A stretch of DNA of 64,000 nucleotides from the IMG/VR virus record IMGVR_UViG_3300042878_000903, positions 45,969 to 109,968 of that record, one strand, 5' to 3'. This stretch comes from a virus. This document shows positions 40,975-50,254 of this stretch, piece by piece (the stretch's first letter is position 1; every line of letters starts with the position of its first letter). The position numbers were made by a program, and so were the translations under genes. The notes under the pieces were generated by a model that saw nothing but the letters and a program-made list of their open reading frames with translations, did not search any database and was not told where the DNA came from.

Positions 40975-41022
40975 TTTTTCTCCCTTTGTTACTTTATATT
41001 AGATTATTATACCATTATTTAT

Positions 41023-41556
41023 TTATACTAAAGTGCCTGAATCAAAAGTTAATTCGTACACTAAAGTGTCTGGGTATCCACCATTTGCATATTTATTTGC
41101 CGATGTTGAAACCCCGTTGCCTTGAACTGTATATACTGGTTGACCATTGTAATCAATTGCAAGACCTATATCCATGAAGCTTATATCTGGGGTTGCTTCC
41201 CAGTCTACGTTTCCAGAATCAAAAACCATTCCATAAGTTGGAGTTGATGGGCTTCCGCCATCAGCAAATTTAGTTGCTGTTGTAGATACCCCATTAGCTT
41301 GAATTGTATAGATTGGCTCACCATTGTAATCAATTGCAAGACCTACGTCCATTAAATTGATCATTGTGTTTTCGTCTGGAACTTCTGAATTTAAAGCTAT
41401 TGGCATCCATTGGCCATTTAGCTGAATTTGTAATTTGTTTGTTACGGTATCAAATCTTAAGGGAGTAGACCCTAATACAACATTAGACTCAAACGTAGCA
41501 GTGCCTGCGACATTTAGTCCATTCTTAACTCTAAAATTCTTATTTACTGTTGCCAT
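41023..41556 (-). CDS. virion structural protein with internal duplication
   Basis: MD(V/I)GLAIDYNG.P.YT.Q.NGVST.A.K.A.GG.P...FDSG occurs twice. Confidence 0.65.
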   Translation of the reverse strand: MATVNKNFRVKNGLNVAGTATFESNVVLGSTPLRFDTVTNKLQIQLNGQWMPIALNSEVPDENTMINLMDVGLAIDYNGEPIYTIQANGVSTTATKFADGGSPSTPTYGMVFDSGNVDWEATPDISFMDIGLAIDYNGQPVYTVQGNGVSTSANKYANGGYPDTLVYELTFDSGTLV

Positions 41557-41625
41557 TTAAGTTCACATATCCCCTAAGTGTTTTTTGTGGGGAGATTTCA
41601 GGCTCTCCCCAGGCCGTTTATTTAA

Positions 41626-42780
41626 TTATTTAAGAAGTGTTCCAGATACTTTAACTGTTGAGTTATCTACTGGAGTTACTCTTATTCGTACATTTGAACC
41701 TGATACGTCTGCTGTGATAGTTCCTCTTGATCCATTAGTTCCGACAATTGCATATTCTGTAACTGCTACATTGTCTGACGAGTCTAGTGTTATTAGAACC
41801 TCTGATACTTCATTGTGTGTTGCGTTGTCAATTTTAACAAGAACTTTGGCTGAGCGGTAGTCTGCCTTTGCCCACTCATAAGCTGTTCCAGCAACTGATG
41901 CTGTTCCAGATGATGAAGCTGCAAATTGCTTAGCTTGATCATTTACGTTTAATGCTGTAAATGCTGTTGTTCCGTTTTGCTGTGCTGTATTAGCGGCTGC
42001 TGCTGTTGCTTCTGCTGCTGCTTGCGCTGCGTTGGCCTTAGTTGTTGCGTCTGCTGCTGCAGTTGATACTGAAGCTGCGTCGCCTGATACTCTAAGTGCT
42101 GCTTCTGCTGCTATGTCTGTAGCAACTTGGGCTGAGGTAGCTTTTGTTGCAAGAGCTGTTGTAATAGTTGTTGTGTAATTAGCATCATCATTAATTGCTG
42201 CTGCTAATTCATTTAATGTATTAAGAAGGTCTGGTGCGCCATCTACTAATGTGCTTACTGCGCCAGAAATTGCTGTGTTACGATTTGAAACCTCTGTTGA
42301 TATTGCAGATGAAAGAGCGGCTGCTGCTGTTGCTTCTGCTGCTGCTTGCGCTGCGTTAGCCTTTGTAGTTGCGTCTGCTGCTGCTGTAGCTACTGAAGCT
42401 GCGTCTCCTGATACTCTAAGTGCTGCTTCTGCTGCTACCTTAGTAGTTGCATCTGTTGCTGCAGCTGTAATTGCTGCAGATTGCGCTGCGTTAGCCTTTG
42501 TAGTTGCATCTGATGATGCTGCAGAAATTGCTGCAGACTGAGCAGATGAAGCTGATCCATAAGCGTCAAATACGTTAGCCTTTACTGTAAGATTGCCTGC
42601 ACCATCGACTGCAAATGTTCCTGCGTCTACGGATTTTACAAGAGTAGCACCGCCAACAAGGTTGAGGATGTAAGCATTTCCGCCTGTTTCTGTAAGTATA
42701 TTTTGACCATTGATTGTACCTGTAGCACCCTCAACTATAAGGCCTGATTTAATTCTAAAGTTTTTTACTACTGTTGCCAT
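41626..42780 (-). CDS. Ala-rich coiled-coil fibre protein
   Basis: DATTKANAAQ repeats, GAPDLLNTLNELAAAI; C-terminal YRSAK...E.L...D domain. Confidence 0.75.
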   Translation of the reverse strand: MATVVKNFRIKSGLIVEGATGTINGQNILTETGGNAYILNLVGGATLVKSVDAGTFAVDGAGNLTVKANVFDAYGSASSAQSAAISAASSDATTKANAAQSAAITAAATDATTKVAAEAALRVSGDAASVATAAADATTKANAAQAAAEATAAAALSSAISTEVSNRNTAISGAVSTLVDGAPDLLNTLNELAAAINDDANYTTTITTALATKATSAQVATDIAAEAALRVSGDAASVSTAAADATTKANAAQAAAEATAAAANTAQQNGTTAFTALNVNDQAKQFAASSSGTASVAGTAYEWAKADYRSAKVLVKIDNATHNEVSEVLITLDSSDNVAVTEYAIVGTNGSRGTITADVSGSNVRIRVTPVDNSTVKVSGTLLK

Positions 42781-42810
42781 TTTATATGACTCCTCTTATT
42801 GCTTTTTTTG

Positions 42811-43368
42811 TTATGCTTTAAGCGTTGTTCTGATATATCTTACTGAGATAGAACCAGAAACAGGGGTGACTCTTAAACTAATTATACCTGAGTTTTCTTC
42901 AAAGGTATAAGAAAATAAACTAGTGTTTGTGTTTGAGATAATGTTTGATTCTGAAACCATTATGTCTGTTCCGTTATGAGAAACAAGAATTTCTGATGTA
43001 TAAACATCGGAATTTTTTGTCACCTGAATGTTATATTTAGCTGTTCTCCATACGCTCTTTGAAAAAGAGTCTACGTTTGTAGCGTTTTCAATACCATAGA
43101 CTGCAAGGTCATTGTTGCCTTCTAATCCAAGAAGCTCTATAACGTTGTCTGTGCTATTGTCTAAATTGATTAACGTAGTTTCAATAGTAGATACTTTGTA
43201 CGTCAGTGATGCAGGATCTGTTGAACCGTTTACACCAACTTTTGTTTCTAATGCTTCAATGGCATCATTTGCATTTATATGTTGCTGCGAATGAGATGGT
43301 GATGATAGCTCGTCGGAAGAATTAGGATTAACTAATTGATCTAAGCTAGATGGATAATTGGTGGCCAA
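42811..43368 (-). CDS. virion structural protein
   Basis: TNYPSSLD...H...NDAIEALETKVG N-terminus; C-terminal domain similar to 41626-42780. Confidence 0.65.
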   Translation of the reverse strand: MATNYPSSLDQLVNPNSSDELSSPSHSQQHINANDAIEALETKVGVNGSTDPASLTYKVSTIETTLINLDNSTDNVIELLGLEGNNDLAVYGIENATNVDSFSKSVWRTAKYNIQVTKNSDVYTSEILVSHNGTDIMVSESNIISNTNTSLFSYTFEENSGIISLRVTPVSGSISVRYIRTTLKA

Positions 43369-43441
43369 TTGACTACCCCCTATGTGTAATTATGTTGCTT
43401 AGATAATTATACCTTATTATTTTTTACAAAGAAGGTTTATT

Positions 43442-43681
43442 TTACCATTTTGACAATGGGCAGGTTGCTGCTTCCATTGCTGTCTTCATTTTCATTAGAC
43501 AGCCACATTGTTTACATTGTGTAGTTAATGATATGAACTCAGGACATCCCCTGCAAATATTTAGTCTTTGTTCTTTTTTTTCATCAGTAGTCCATACGGT
43601 ATTTGGATTTAGCATATCCCATGGCTTGACGGTATTTGGATCAACTAGGTTTGCTTTTATTGTTTTCCACCTTGAAGTCAT
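43442..43681 (-). CDS. Cys-rich small protein (DUF6171-like)
   Basis: RLNICRGC...QCKQCGCLM..KT......CPLSKW. Confidence 0.65.
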   Translation of the reverse strand: MTSRWKTIKANLVDPNTVKPWDMLNPNTVWTTDEKKEQRLNICRGCPEFISLTTQCKQCGCLMKMKTAMEAATCPLSKW

Positions 43682-43683
43682 AA

Positions 43684-43914
43684 TTAATCCTTGTTAAATG
43701 ATGTGCCGTTCCATTTCCATCCAGATGCTGGGGTTGGAAGTTGTGATATTTCTATAGGCAAATCTGTAAAATTTATTATTTTAGGGTTACTTGATAGTCC
43801 TGATCTTAATATTTCTGTTTGAAAGTCTCCTGTTGGTATAGCAAACCATCCAGCAAACTCATTATCAACAAGAACAAAAAATACTTCTCCGTCAATATCT
43901 CTTTTTATAGACAC
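43684..43914 (-). CDS. small protein, possible tail-fibre assembly-type
   Basis: LSSNPKII...GWKWNGTSF C-terminus. Confidence 0.55.
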   Translation of the reverse strand: MSIKRDIDGEVFFVLVDNEFAGWFAIPTGDFQTEILRSGLSSNPKIINFTDLPIEISQLPTPASGWKWNGTSFNKD

Positions 43915-43949
43915 GGTAAATCTCCTTTTTTAAAATTATAGCATAAAAA

Positions 43950-46142
43950 TTATGCTATGGCTATAGTAGAATTAACAATAAACCAAGGTTCTGGGGAAGT
44001 TCTAATATCATAAACCTTTGAATCAAAATCATCTACTTCAATTGATTCTACTACAATATTTGAGACTGACCCGCTTGAATCTACATTTATAATTACATCC
44101 CCAATATTAATATCTCCAGCATTTCTATATTCTATTCCTTCTGAATTTTTAATAAATATAGGCTGATTAATAGAATAGTTTTTACCAATTTTATTAAATC
44201 CAATTAATGTTGAAGTTTTTTCTGTTATAGAAACAACCTTTACATTTGAAAATTCAATAACGGATGGTAATTCCTGTGATGTCTTATTTTGAGATACAGA
44301 ATTAAGGTTTATGTTTGAACGGCTAATCGATATAAGGTCATCTCCAACAAAAATATCTTTTGCTTTTACTAAACCATTTTTAGTAAAGACAAGTCCGTCT
44401 GGTGATATACAGGCTTTACCTCCCTTAAATGATGGTGGGAAGAACGGTGGAACGTTTGGTTCAAAAATTGGTGGGAAGAACGGTGGTATGCCACCATCGA
44501 CTCCAAAACTTGGTGGGAAGAACGGTGGGAAGAACGGTGGGAAGAACGGTGGTGCAAAAACTGGTGCTGGGTCAGTTGATTGACATGCTGGATAACTTGT
44601 CCCAAACGAACACTGACGAGAGTAGCCGCTACCAGATGCGGACGTGTCGGAACCAGGTTTTGTGTAGCTGCAATTACCTACGCCAGCTCCAGGACTAGAG
44701 GTTGTACAATGCCATTCGCTTTGTATGCCTATTGGTGCGGGATCTGTTGATTGGCATGCTGGATATGTTCCAGTGTTGTTGTATATACACTGACGAGAGT
44801 AGCCGCTACCAGATCCTGAATTATCAAAACCAGGGGCTGTGTAACTACAGTTACCTACGCCAGCACCTGGAGAAGAGGTTGTGCAATACCATTGAGAAGC
44901 TGGTGCTGGGTTAGTTGATTGACATGCTGGATAAGTTGTTCCAAATGTGCACTGACGAGAGTAGCCGCTACCAGATGCGGAGTTATCAAAACCAGGGTCA
45001 GTATAACTACAGTTGCCTACGCCACCGCCGTTGGTAGAGGTTGTGCATTTCCATGTGTTTGGTGCTGGAGGATATGTTATGGTTACGGCTGGAGAAGAAA
45101 GCCAGGCGGTCTCTGTAAATCTTGGAGATGTTCCTATAATTAATACTACAAAAGATCCAAATGTATCTGGAGAAGCACCAGGTCGATCTATGTCTAAGAA
45201 ATTAGTGCTAGGACTTGAAGATGCAGAGCTTGCATATACTGAACCATCATTGTACACTGTCCAACTAGTTACAGTTATGTTTGTAGCAGACCAAACCAAT
45301 TTTCCTCCGTAACTGTAAGAAAGCATTCCTGCTGCAACTGAAGGTTTGTTTGGCTTTAAATCGGTAACCGATGCATTTTTGCCGTATCCGCTTAATGACG
45401 TTCCAGAAACATTGGATGTATTCAATGGATTAATTAATATTCCTAAAGTTCCTGAAGCGGATCCTGTGTCAATTGTAAATTTACATGTAGTACCTGATGT
45501 AGAATATACACCTTTTGCAGAATCTGTATTATTTACCATACTAGTAACTTCTGTAAATGCTACTTCTGGTCCTTGGTATTGTATATAATAATCATTAGCG
45601 CCTTTTACTTTTTCCCATGTAAACTCTACTACGCCATTTGACACAACATTAACAGTTATATCTCCTAAATTAGCGGGAGCAATTACTGGACTTGATAAGG
45701 TATATATATCTCCTGAATTTTTACCATCTGCATTAGTAGCCGAAACTTTACACCTAACCGCATAGCCAACATATTTTAATGTTTGTTGAGAATCCCATTC
45801 GTCTTCAGATAATGCCAAAGAGCTTGTTGTTTTATCAAGTATGTTAGACCAATTAGATGTAGGATATGGAGCTTTTTGCCATTGATATTCAAATGTTGTT
45901 GGTGAATTTTCCCAAGTACCATTTGTTGTTAAAACTGTTTGTTCTGCAGCATAAAGAAATGATGAACCTTGCAAAGAAAGAGTTGGCAAAACTGTATTGA
46001 CTGGAACTATTCCTAGTAGATTTTTCCACTCAGACCCATTCCAAACATAAGCCGCCTTAGAATCGTTCCAAGATGTTCCATCATGGATTTGAATCTTTTT
46101 TAAAGGATTCCAACTGGAACCATCAAAAATGTTTAGCGGCAT
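43950..46142 (-). CDS. adhesin-like protein: Ig/FN3-like N-terminus, three Cys-rich repeats, PPFF repeats, C-terminal Hint domain
   Basis: PVNTVLP...GTW...FEYQW Ig-like; 3 x four-Cys repeat; (PPFF)n; C578 ISPDGLVFTKNGLVKAKDIFVGD...VYDI...WFIVN. Confidence 0.8.
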   Translation of the reverse strand: MPLNIFDGSSWNPLKKIQIHDGTSWNDSKAAYVWNGSEWKNLLGIVPVNTVLPTLSLQGSSFLYAAEQTVLTTNGTWENSPTTFEYQWQKAPYPTSNWSNILDKTTSSLALSEDEWDSQQTLKYVGYAVRCKVSATNADGKNSGDIYTLSSPVIAPANLGDITVNVVSNGVVEFTWEKVKGANDYYIQYQGPEVAFTEVTSMVNNTDSAKGVYSTSGTTCKFTIDTGSASGTLGILINPLNTSNVSGTSLSGYGKNASVTDLKPNKPSVAAGMLSYSYGGKLVWSATNITVTSWTVYNDGSVYASSASSSPSTNFLDIDRPGASPDTFGSFVVLIIGTSPRFTETAWLSSPAVTITYPPAPNTWKCTTSTNGGGVGNCSYTDPGFDNSASGSGYSRQCTFGTTYPACQSTNPAPASQWYCTTSSPGAGVGNCSYTAPGFDNSGSGSGYSRQCIYNNTGTYPACQSTDPAPIGIQSEWHCTTSSPGAGVGNCSYTKPGSDTSASGSGYSRQCSFGTSYPACQSTDPAPVFAPPFFPPFFPPFFPPSFGVDGGIPPFFPPIFEPNVPPFFPPSFKGGKACISPDGLVFTKNGLVKAKDIFVGDDLISISRSNINLNSVSQNKTSQELPSVIEFSNVKVVSITEKTSTLIGFNKIGKNYSINQPIFIKNSEGIEYRNAGDINIGDVIINVDSSGSVSNIVVESIEVDDFDSKVYDIRTSPEPWFIVNSTIAIA

Positions 46143-46152
46143 TTCAGGCTCC

Positions 46153-47646
46153 TTAGTATTGTATGTAAATATCTCCAGCAGAATTACCGCTTGCAGGTGG
46201 TGTTAAGCTTGTGCTATATGTAATTTTATTTATGTTAGCAGAAGAGCTTCCGTTAGTATATGTTCCGTTAATATTATTAGATGCAGCAGTGGTGGCAGCT
46301 GTAATAGATGATGTGATGGCTGATGGAATTGCAGACTCTAGTATTTTACCGTTTGAATCTAGCCCAGCATATCCATTATTTTCATTTCTTTCAGATTCTG
46401 GCTGGTACCCGCCTAATGAGTTATCAATACTATTTTTGGCTGTATCAGTATATGCTTTTGCTTCGGTTAAAGCGGCTGTAAGATTGGCAGAAGTTGCATA
46501 TCCAGGAATTACTGGAGTTCCAGTAAATGTCGGCGAAGCAATTGGAGCATAAGTTGTTGCTGCCAAGTCAGAAGACAATTTTGTTCCAACCAAAGTTGTT
46601 AATGTTGATGCACCAGTTTGATCTGATGCAATATAATCTGCAATTTCTTTAAGTGTATCAAATGAAGCTGGTGCCGCATTTACAACATTTGCTATTGCTG
46701 CAGAAATATCTGATGTTCTTGCTATGGAAGATGGAATCAGTGATAGTGGTATTAAAGCAGAAGCATCTAGTCCAGCTACGCCATTTAACATATTCCTATC
46801 TGACACTGGAATATATGCGCTAGAAATTTCTGTTCTTAAATCATCTACAGCTGAAAGAGCAGCATTTAAAGAAGCAGTACGTGCAGCATTTGTTGCTGTA
46901 ACAGCTCTTGCATTTGTAAAGTATAAATTAGTTCCTTCTGGTAATTGAGTTGTTGATGTAATTGGAGAAGGTACTGTAAAATTAGCTAATGAAGAGTCAA
47001 CATAACTTCTGGTAGTAGTAATTAATGGGTCTACTATTGCTGATACTCTATTTGTTGTAAAATATAGGTTTGTTCCTTCTTCTATGTCTGAAGTAGTAAT
47101 AAGATTAATTGCCGTGTTTATTTTTGTATCTGCAATTTGTCCCGCTAAAGTTACTGCGTTTGTAGATTTTGTTGTTGCATCTGCCGCTGCGGTAGTAATT
47201 GCTTCTTGGAATTTTGATGTTGTGTGTAAATTAGCTGAACTTAAAGCTTGTGCTGCAGATCCGTAAACATCAAAATATCCGTCTCCTGCAGTCCTTGCTC
47301 TTGCATTAGTAAAAAATAAATTTGTTCCTTCTAAAAGACTTGATGTTGTAAATGGACCAGAATTATTTATAGCATTTTGAATTGCCGTAGCGGCTTCTGT
47401 GTCTAAAGAAATTTGATCTGGTAATTGTGATAAAGGTATTTTGCCGTCAGAATTTAATGTAGCAATTCCATTTGCTTGTCCTGGTTTAAATGCATAGTTT
47501 GTAAGAAGATTCCATCTTTGGGTTCCGTTACCTATTTTAAATTTAAGAGTATCAGTTTCTATTCCTATTTCACCGTTTAAAAGAAGTGGATTGTTCGCTG
47601 TCCAATTTGCTGCGGTGTCTCTTCTTAATTGAATTTTAAATGCCAT
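46153..47646 (-). CDS. tail fibre with Mtd-N-like N-terminus
   Basis: KIQLRRDTAANW...NPLLLNGEIGIETDT; EGTNLYFT repeats; GVAGLD repeats. Confidence 0.8.
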   Translation of the reverse strand: MAFKIQLRRDTAANWTANNPLLLNGEIGIETDTLKFKIGNGTQRWNLLTNYAFKPGQANGIATLNSDGKIPLSQLPDQISLDTEAATAIQNAINNSGPFTTSSLLEGTNLFFTNARARTAGDGYFDVYGSAAQALSSANLHTTSKFQEAITTAAADATTKSTNAVTLAGQIADTKINTAINLITTSDIEEGTNLYFTTNRVSAIVDPLITTTRSYVDSSLANFTVPSPITSTTQLPEGTNLYFTNARAVTATNAARTASLNAALSAVDDLRTEISSAYIPVSDRNMLNGVAGLDASALIPLSLIPSSIARTSDISAAIANVVNAAPASFDTLKEIADYIASDQTGASTLTTLVGTKLSSDLAATTYAPIASPTFTGTPVIPGYATSANLTAALTEAKAYTDTAKNSIDNSLGGYQPESERNENNGYAGLDSNGKILESAIPSAITSSITAATTAASNNINGTYTNGSSSANINKITYSTSLTPPASGNSAGDIYIQY

Positions 47647-48101
47647 TATGAATTACCTCCATCTAGTGATGGTGCGGCAAAGTCTTCTGACCCACCGCCA
47701 CCTAAAGTTTCTTCTTCTGTTACTGCTGTTCCATCAAATAATCCTGCGTCAAATAATGTTTCATCAACAAATGAAGGCTCATTTAAATTACTCATTGGGT
47801 TTCCTCCATCGTATCCTATAATTTGTGGTAAAACTGTTGCTGGTGTATCGGGATTAGATAATGATTTAAAATCAACTTGATTTTGAATATCAATCGTATG
47901 CACATCTCCATCAAACGTGTGTGTATGCATATAAAATGGAGTTGGATCTGTACTTGGTGGTGTTAATTCTATCCATGTAGTTCCATTGTGAACACGTAAA
48001 TTTTTAGTTACGGTATTAATGTATATTTCGCCGACTTGTCCAAATACTGGGTCTGCTGACAGGGCCAGAAGTTTAAGTGGTACCAGCATCTGTCTTGACA
48101 T
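47646..48101 (-). CDS. virion structural protein
   Basis: GEIYINT...RVHNGTTW; DGG motifs. Confidence 0.6.
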   Translation of the reverse strand: MSRQMLVPLKLLALSADPVFGQVGEIYINTVTKNLRVHNGTTWIELTPPSTDPTPFYMHTHTFDGDVHTIDIQNQVDFKSLSNPDTPATVLPQIIGYDGGNPMSNLNEPSFVDETLFDAGLFDGTAVTEEETLGGGGSEDFAAPSLDGGNS

Positions 48102-48103
48102 TA

Positions 48104-49075
48104 TTAACCTACTACAACTACTCTATATTCTCCAGCAGTTGGTGCGGAAGCAAAGTTAACAACTACAGCATTTGCATTTGATCTTTGAACATCTGCTTCT
48201 ACCTGAGCAAACGGTGTGGCCGCTTCAAATATTTGAACGGTTACGTCTGTTGTTCCAAGATTGTGTGTTATTGTATAAGACGTTGCTGATGCGCCAAGTG
48301 TTTCTGAATATTTTCTAGCAATTGCATGATAATTTGTGCCGTTATTTGTTAATGTCCATGTATCAGATATTTCATTCCATAGAATTTCTGTATCTATTGA
48401 AGTTCCACGTTCTACAACAATTCCTGCATCTGTTGTAGGTGTTCCAGTAAATCCGCTATTAAGTTTTACTTTATTATCTTCAATGTTAATCTGTGTAGTG
48501 TTTACAGAGTTAACAGTTCCAATAACATTTAAGTTTCCGCCAACTTGTAAGTTACCAGTAATTTCGACATTGTCTGGTAAACCAATTGTTACTGCAGCAT
48601 TATGTCCACTATTTGGAGAAACTGTAACTTCATTTGCTGTTCCAACAATAGTTGCTACATAGTCACCTGTTGTTTGCGTATCTAATGGTATAACTAGATT
48701 TGTATCGCTTGCTGATGTTAAACGACCCTGTTGATCTACCGTAAATGTTGGTACTTTTGTAATTGATCCATATGTTCCAGCTGTTACTGCAGTATCATCT
48801 AAATCTATTGTTGTTATATTTGTTGTGTCGTTAAATGATTTTGTTAAGCCAACTCCGCCTTCTACGTAAGACCCTATTGCATCGGTAATTACTTCTAGCG
48901 AACCAGAAGCTGGGATCCAAGAAGATCCATTATAGAAGTATAATGTGTTGTCTGCTGTATTAAAATAAATTTGACCTGATACTGGGTTGCTTGGTGCTGC
49001 GCCTAAGTTTTGAATTCTAGCATTGAGCAACTCATTTTTGTTGAGATCAATACTAACTAAAAATTTTCTTGCCAT
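48104..49075 (-). CDS. fibre/structural protein
   Basis: P..GQIYFNT, VTAGTYG...TVDQQGRLT, ITHNLGT. Confidence 0.7.
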   Translation of the reverse strand: MARKFLVSIDLNKNELLNARIQNLGAAPSNPVSGQIYFNTADNTLYFYNGSSWIPASGSLEVITDAIGSYVEGGVGLTKSFNDTTNITTIDLDDTAVTAGTYGSITKVPTFTVDQQGRLTSASDTNLVIPLDTQTTGDYVATIVGTANEVTVSPNSGHNAAVTIGLPDNVEITGNLQVGGNLNVIGTVNSVNTTQINIEDNKVKLNSGFTGTPTTDAGIVVERGTSIDTEILWNEISDTWTLTNNGTNYHAIARKYSETLGASATSYTITHNLGTTDVTVQIFEAATPFAQVEADVQRSNANAVVVNFASAPTAGEYRVVVVG

Positions 49076-49091
49076 TTTTTTTATCTCCTTT

Positions 49092-49529
49092 TTAGGACAG
49101 GTATGCTGTCCCCGAAAATGGCTGGGCCATTGTCAATGTTAGTCTACTAGTACTATTATAGTCTATACCTGTTTCCAGTATATCACCTGAGCTTGATTTA
49201 ACAGATACGTTTGGGTGGAAAAGCAAATTGTGGTTTATTACTACTGAATACACCCCATTTACTGGCCCAGTTAATTGGGCTAGCTCCCAAGAATACATGA
49301 AAGATACCTGTTTATCTAAAACAAAGCTTTTTTCTACATTCCAGGTATTTGATGTAGGGGATTTTGGTCCCCAAAATCTTGTTGTTAAGGTATCAAAATA
49401 AAAATCTCCAGGTACGCCTAAAGAATTGGCTGGATTACCTTCTCCACTAATTATTGTTCTTCCAGGAGAGCCTGAAGCTCTTACTACTACTAAGGGGTTA
49501 TTTTCGGTAACAATTAGGCGGGTTGCCAT
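49092..49529 (-). CDS. virion structural protein
   Basis: G.G.P...LG..GDFY.D...WGPK; INHNL..HPNV; FSGTAYLS. Confidence 0.65.
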   Translation of the reverse strand: MATRLIVTENNPLVVVRASGSPGRTIISGEGNPANSLGVPGDFYFDTLTTRFWGPKSPTSNTWNVEKSFVLDKQVSFMYSWELAQLTGPVNGVYSVVINHNLLFHPNVSVKSSSGDILETGIDYNSTSRLTLTMAQPFSGTAYLS

Positions 49530-49873
49530 TATAGTGTTACCGCCCTATTTAATGTTAAATATCCTTCTAATAATCTTGTTACATTTACACTAGGGTCAAC
49601 TAAAACTAAATCATAAGCAGATTTTGGATAAAAAAGTTTTTTTGTTCTATCTGCTGAAATAGAAACTGAAAGTTTTCCAAGTGAGGGTGTTATTGTTATT
49701 CCATCTATTTCTGAAAGACTAAAGGCTAATTTTTTTCCACCTTGGGTATCTCTTACTTGCATTTTTGCTGTGTGGTGATTTAATTGTATGGGCTGATTAT
49801 CTTCGTCAAGATATTGCAACTCAAAAGTAAACGTTGCGTTTTCGTCTACCTGAAAATTTTTTTGAGCTGCCAT
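49529..49873 (-). CDS. BppU-N-like fibre attachment protein
   Basis: PI.L....AKMQVR, YDLVL...TRLLEG. Confidence 0.65.
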   Translation of the reverse strand: MAAQKNFQVDENATFTFELQYLDEDNQPIQLNHHTAKMQVRDTQGGKKLAFSLSEIDGITITPSLGKLSVSISADRTKKLFYPKSAYDLVLVDPSVNVTRLLEGYLTLNRAVTL

Positions 49874-49941
49874 TTTTTACCCCTAAAAAGAAAATACCCT
49901 TACACTATTTTAGCATAAGGGCATTCCCAATTGACTAATAA

Positions 49942-50184
49942 TTATTTAGCCACAAATCCGAATTCTTTGTTGCTTGGGCTTAGGGCCTTTAAAATTACTG
50001 GGGCAACTGCTGCTGCTCCAGCTGCAATTAAATCCTTTGGATTTGTATTGCCAGTCATATATAGAGCGGTGGCTGCTGCCAAAAATGCTCTTCCGTATGT
50101 TCCAAGTGCTGCTAGTATTTGCTCTTGCATAGTCACTTTCCCATCTTTATTTAAATCAGCTTTATCAAAGTTTTTGATAGCCAT
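49942..50184 (-). CDS. r1t-like holin with N-terminal EF-hand loop
   Basis: Two hydrophobic helices (TYGRAFLAAA..., AAGAAAVAPVILKAL.P); DLNKDGKVTMQE; RBS GAGGAG. Confidence 0.6.
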   Translation of the reverse strand: MAIKNFDKADLNKDGKVTMQEQILAALGTYGRAFLAAATALYMTGNTNPKDLIAAGAAAVAPVILKALSPSNKEFGFVAK

Positions 50185-50254
50185 TTTTTATCATCTCCTC
50201 GTGGGCGGTGTGCCCATGAATTTTGGGTATTATCCCAATCCTATAAGTTTACCA

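Noticed and set aside
37900-44411. True splicing inteins or mobile elements
   Set aside because: No C-extein, no terminal Asn/Gln, no homing endonuclease.
39139-47646. Diversity-generating retroelement suggested by Mtd-N-like domains and near-identical repeats at 44.6-45.0 kb
   Set aside because: No reverse transcriptase in the window; the repeats are in-frame coding units whose differences are not adenine-specific.
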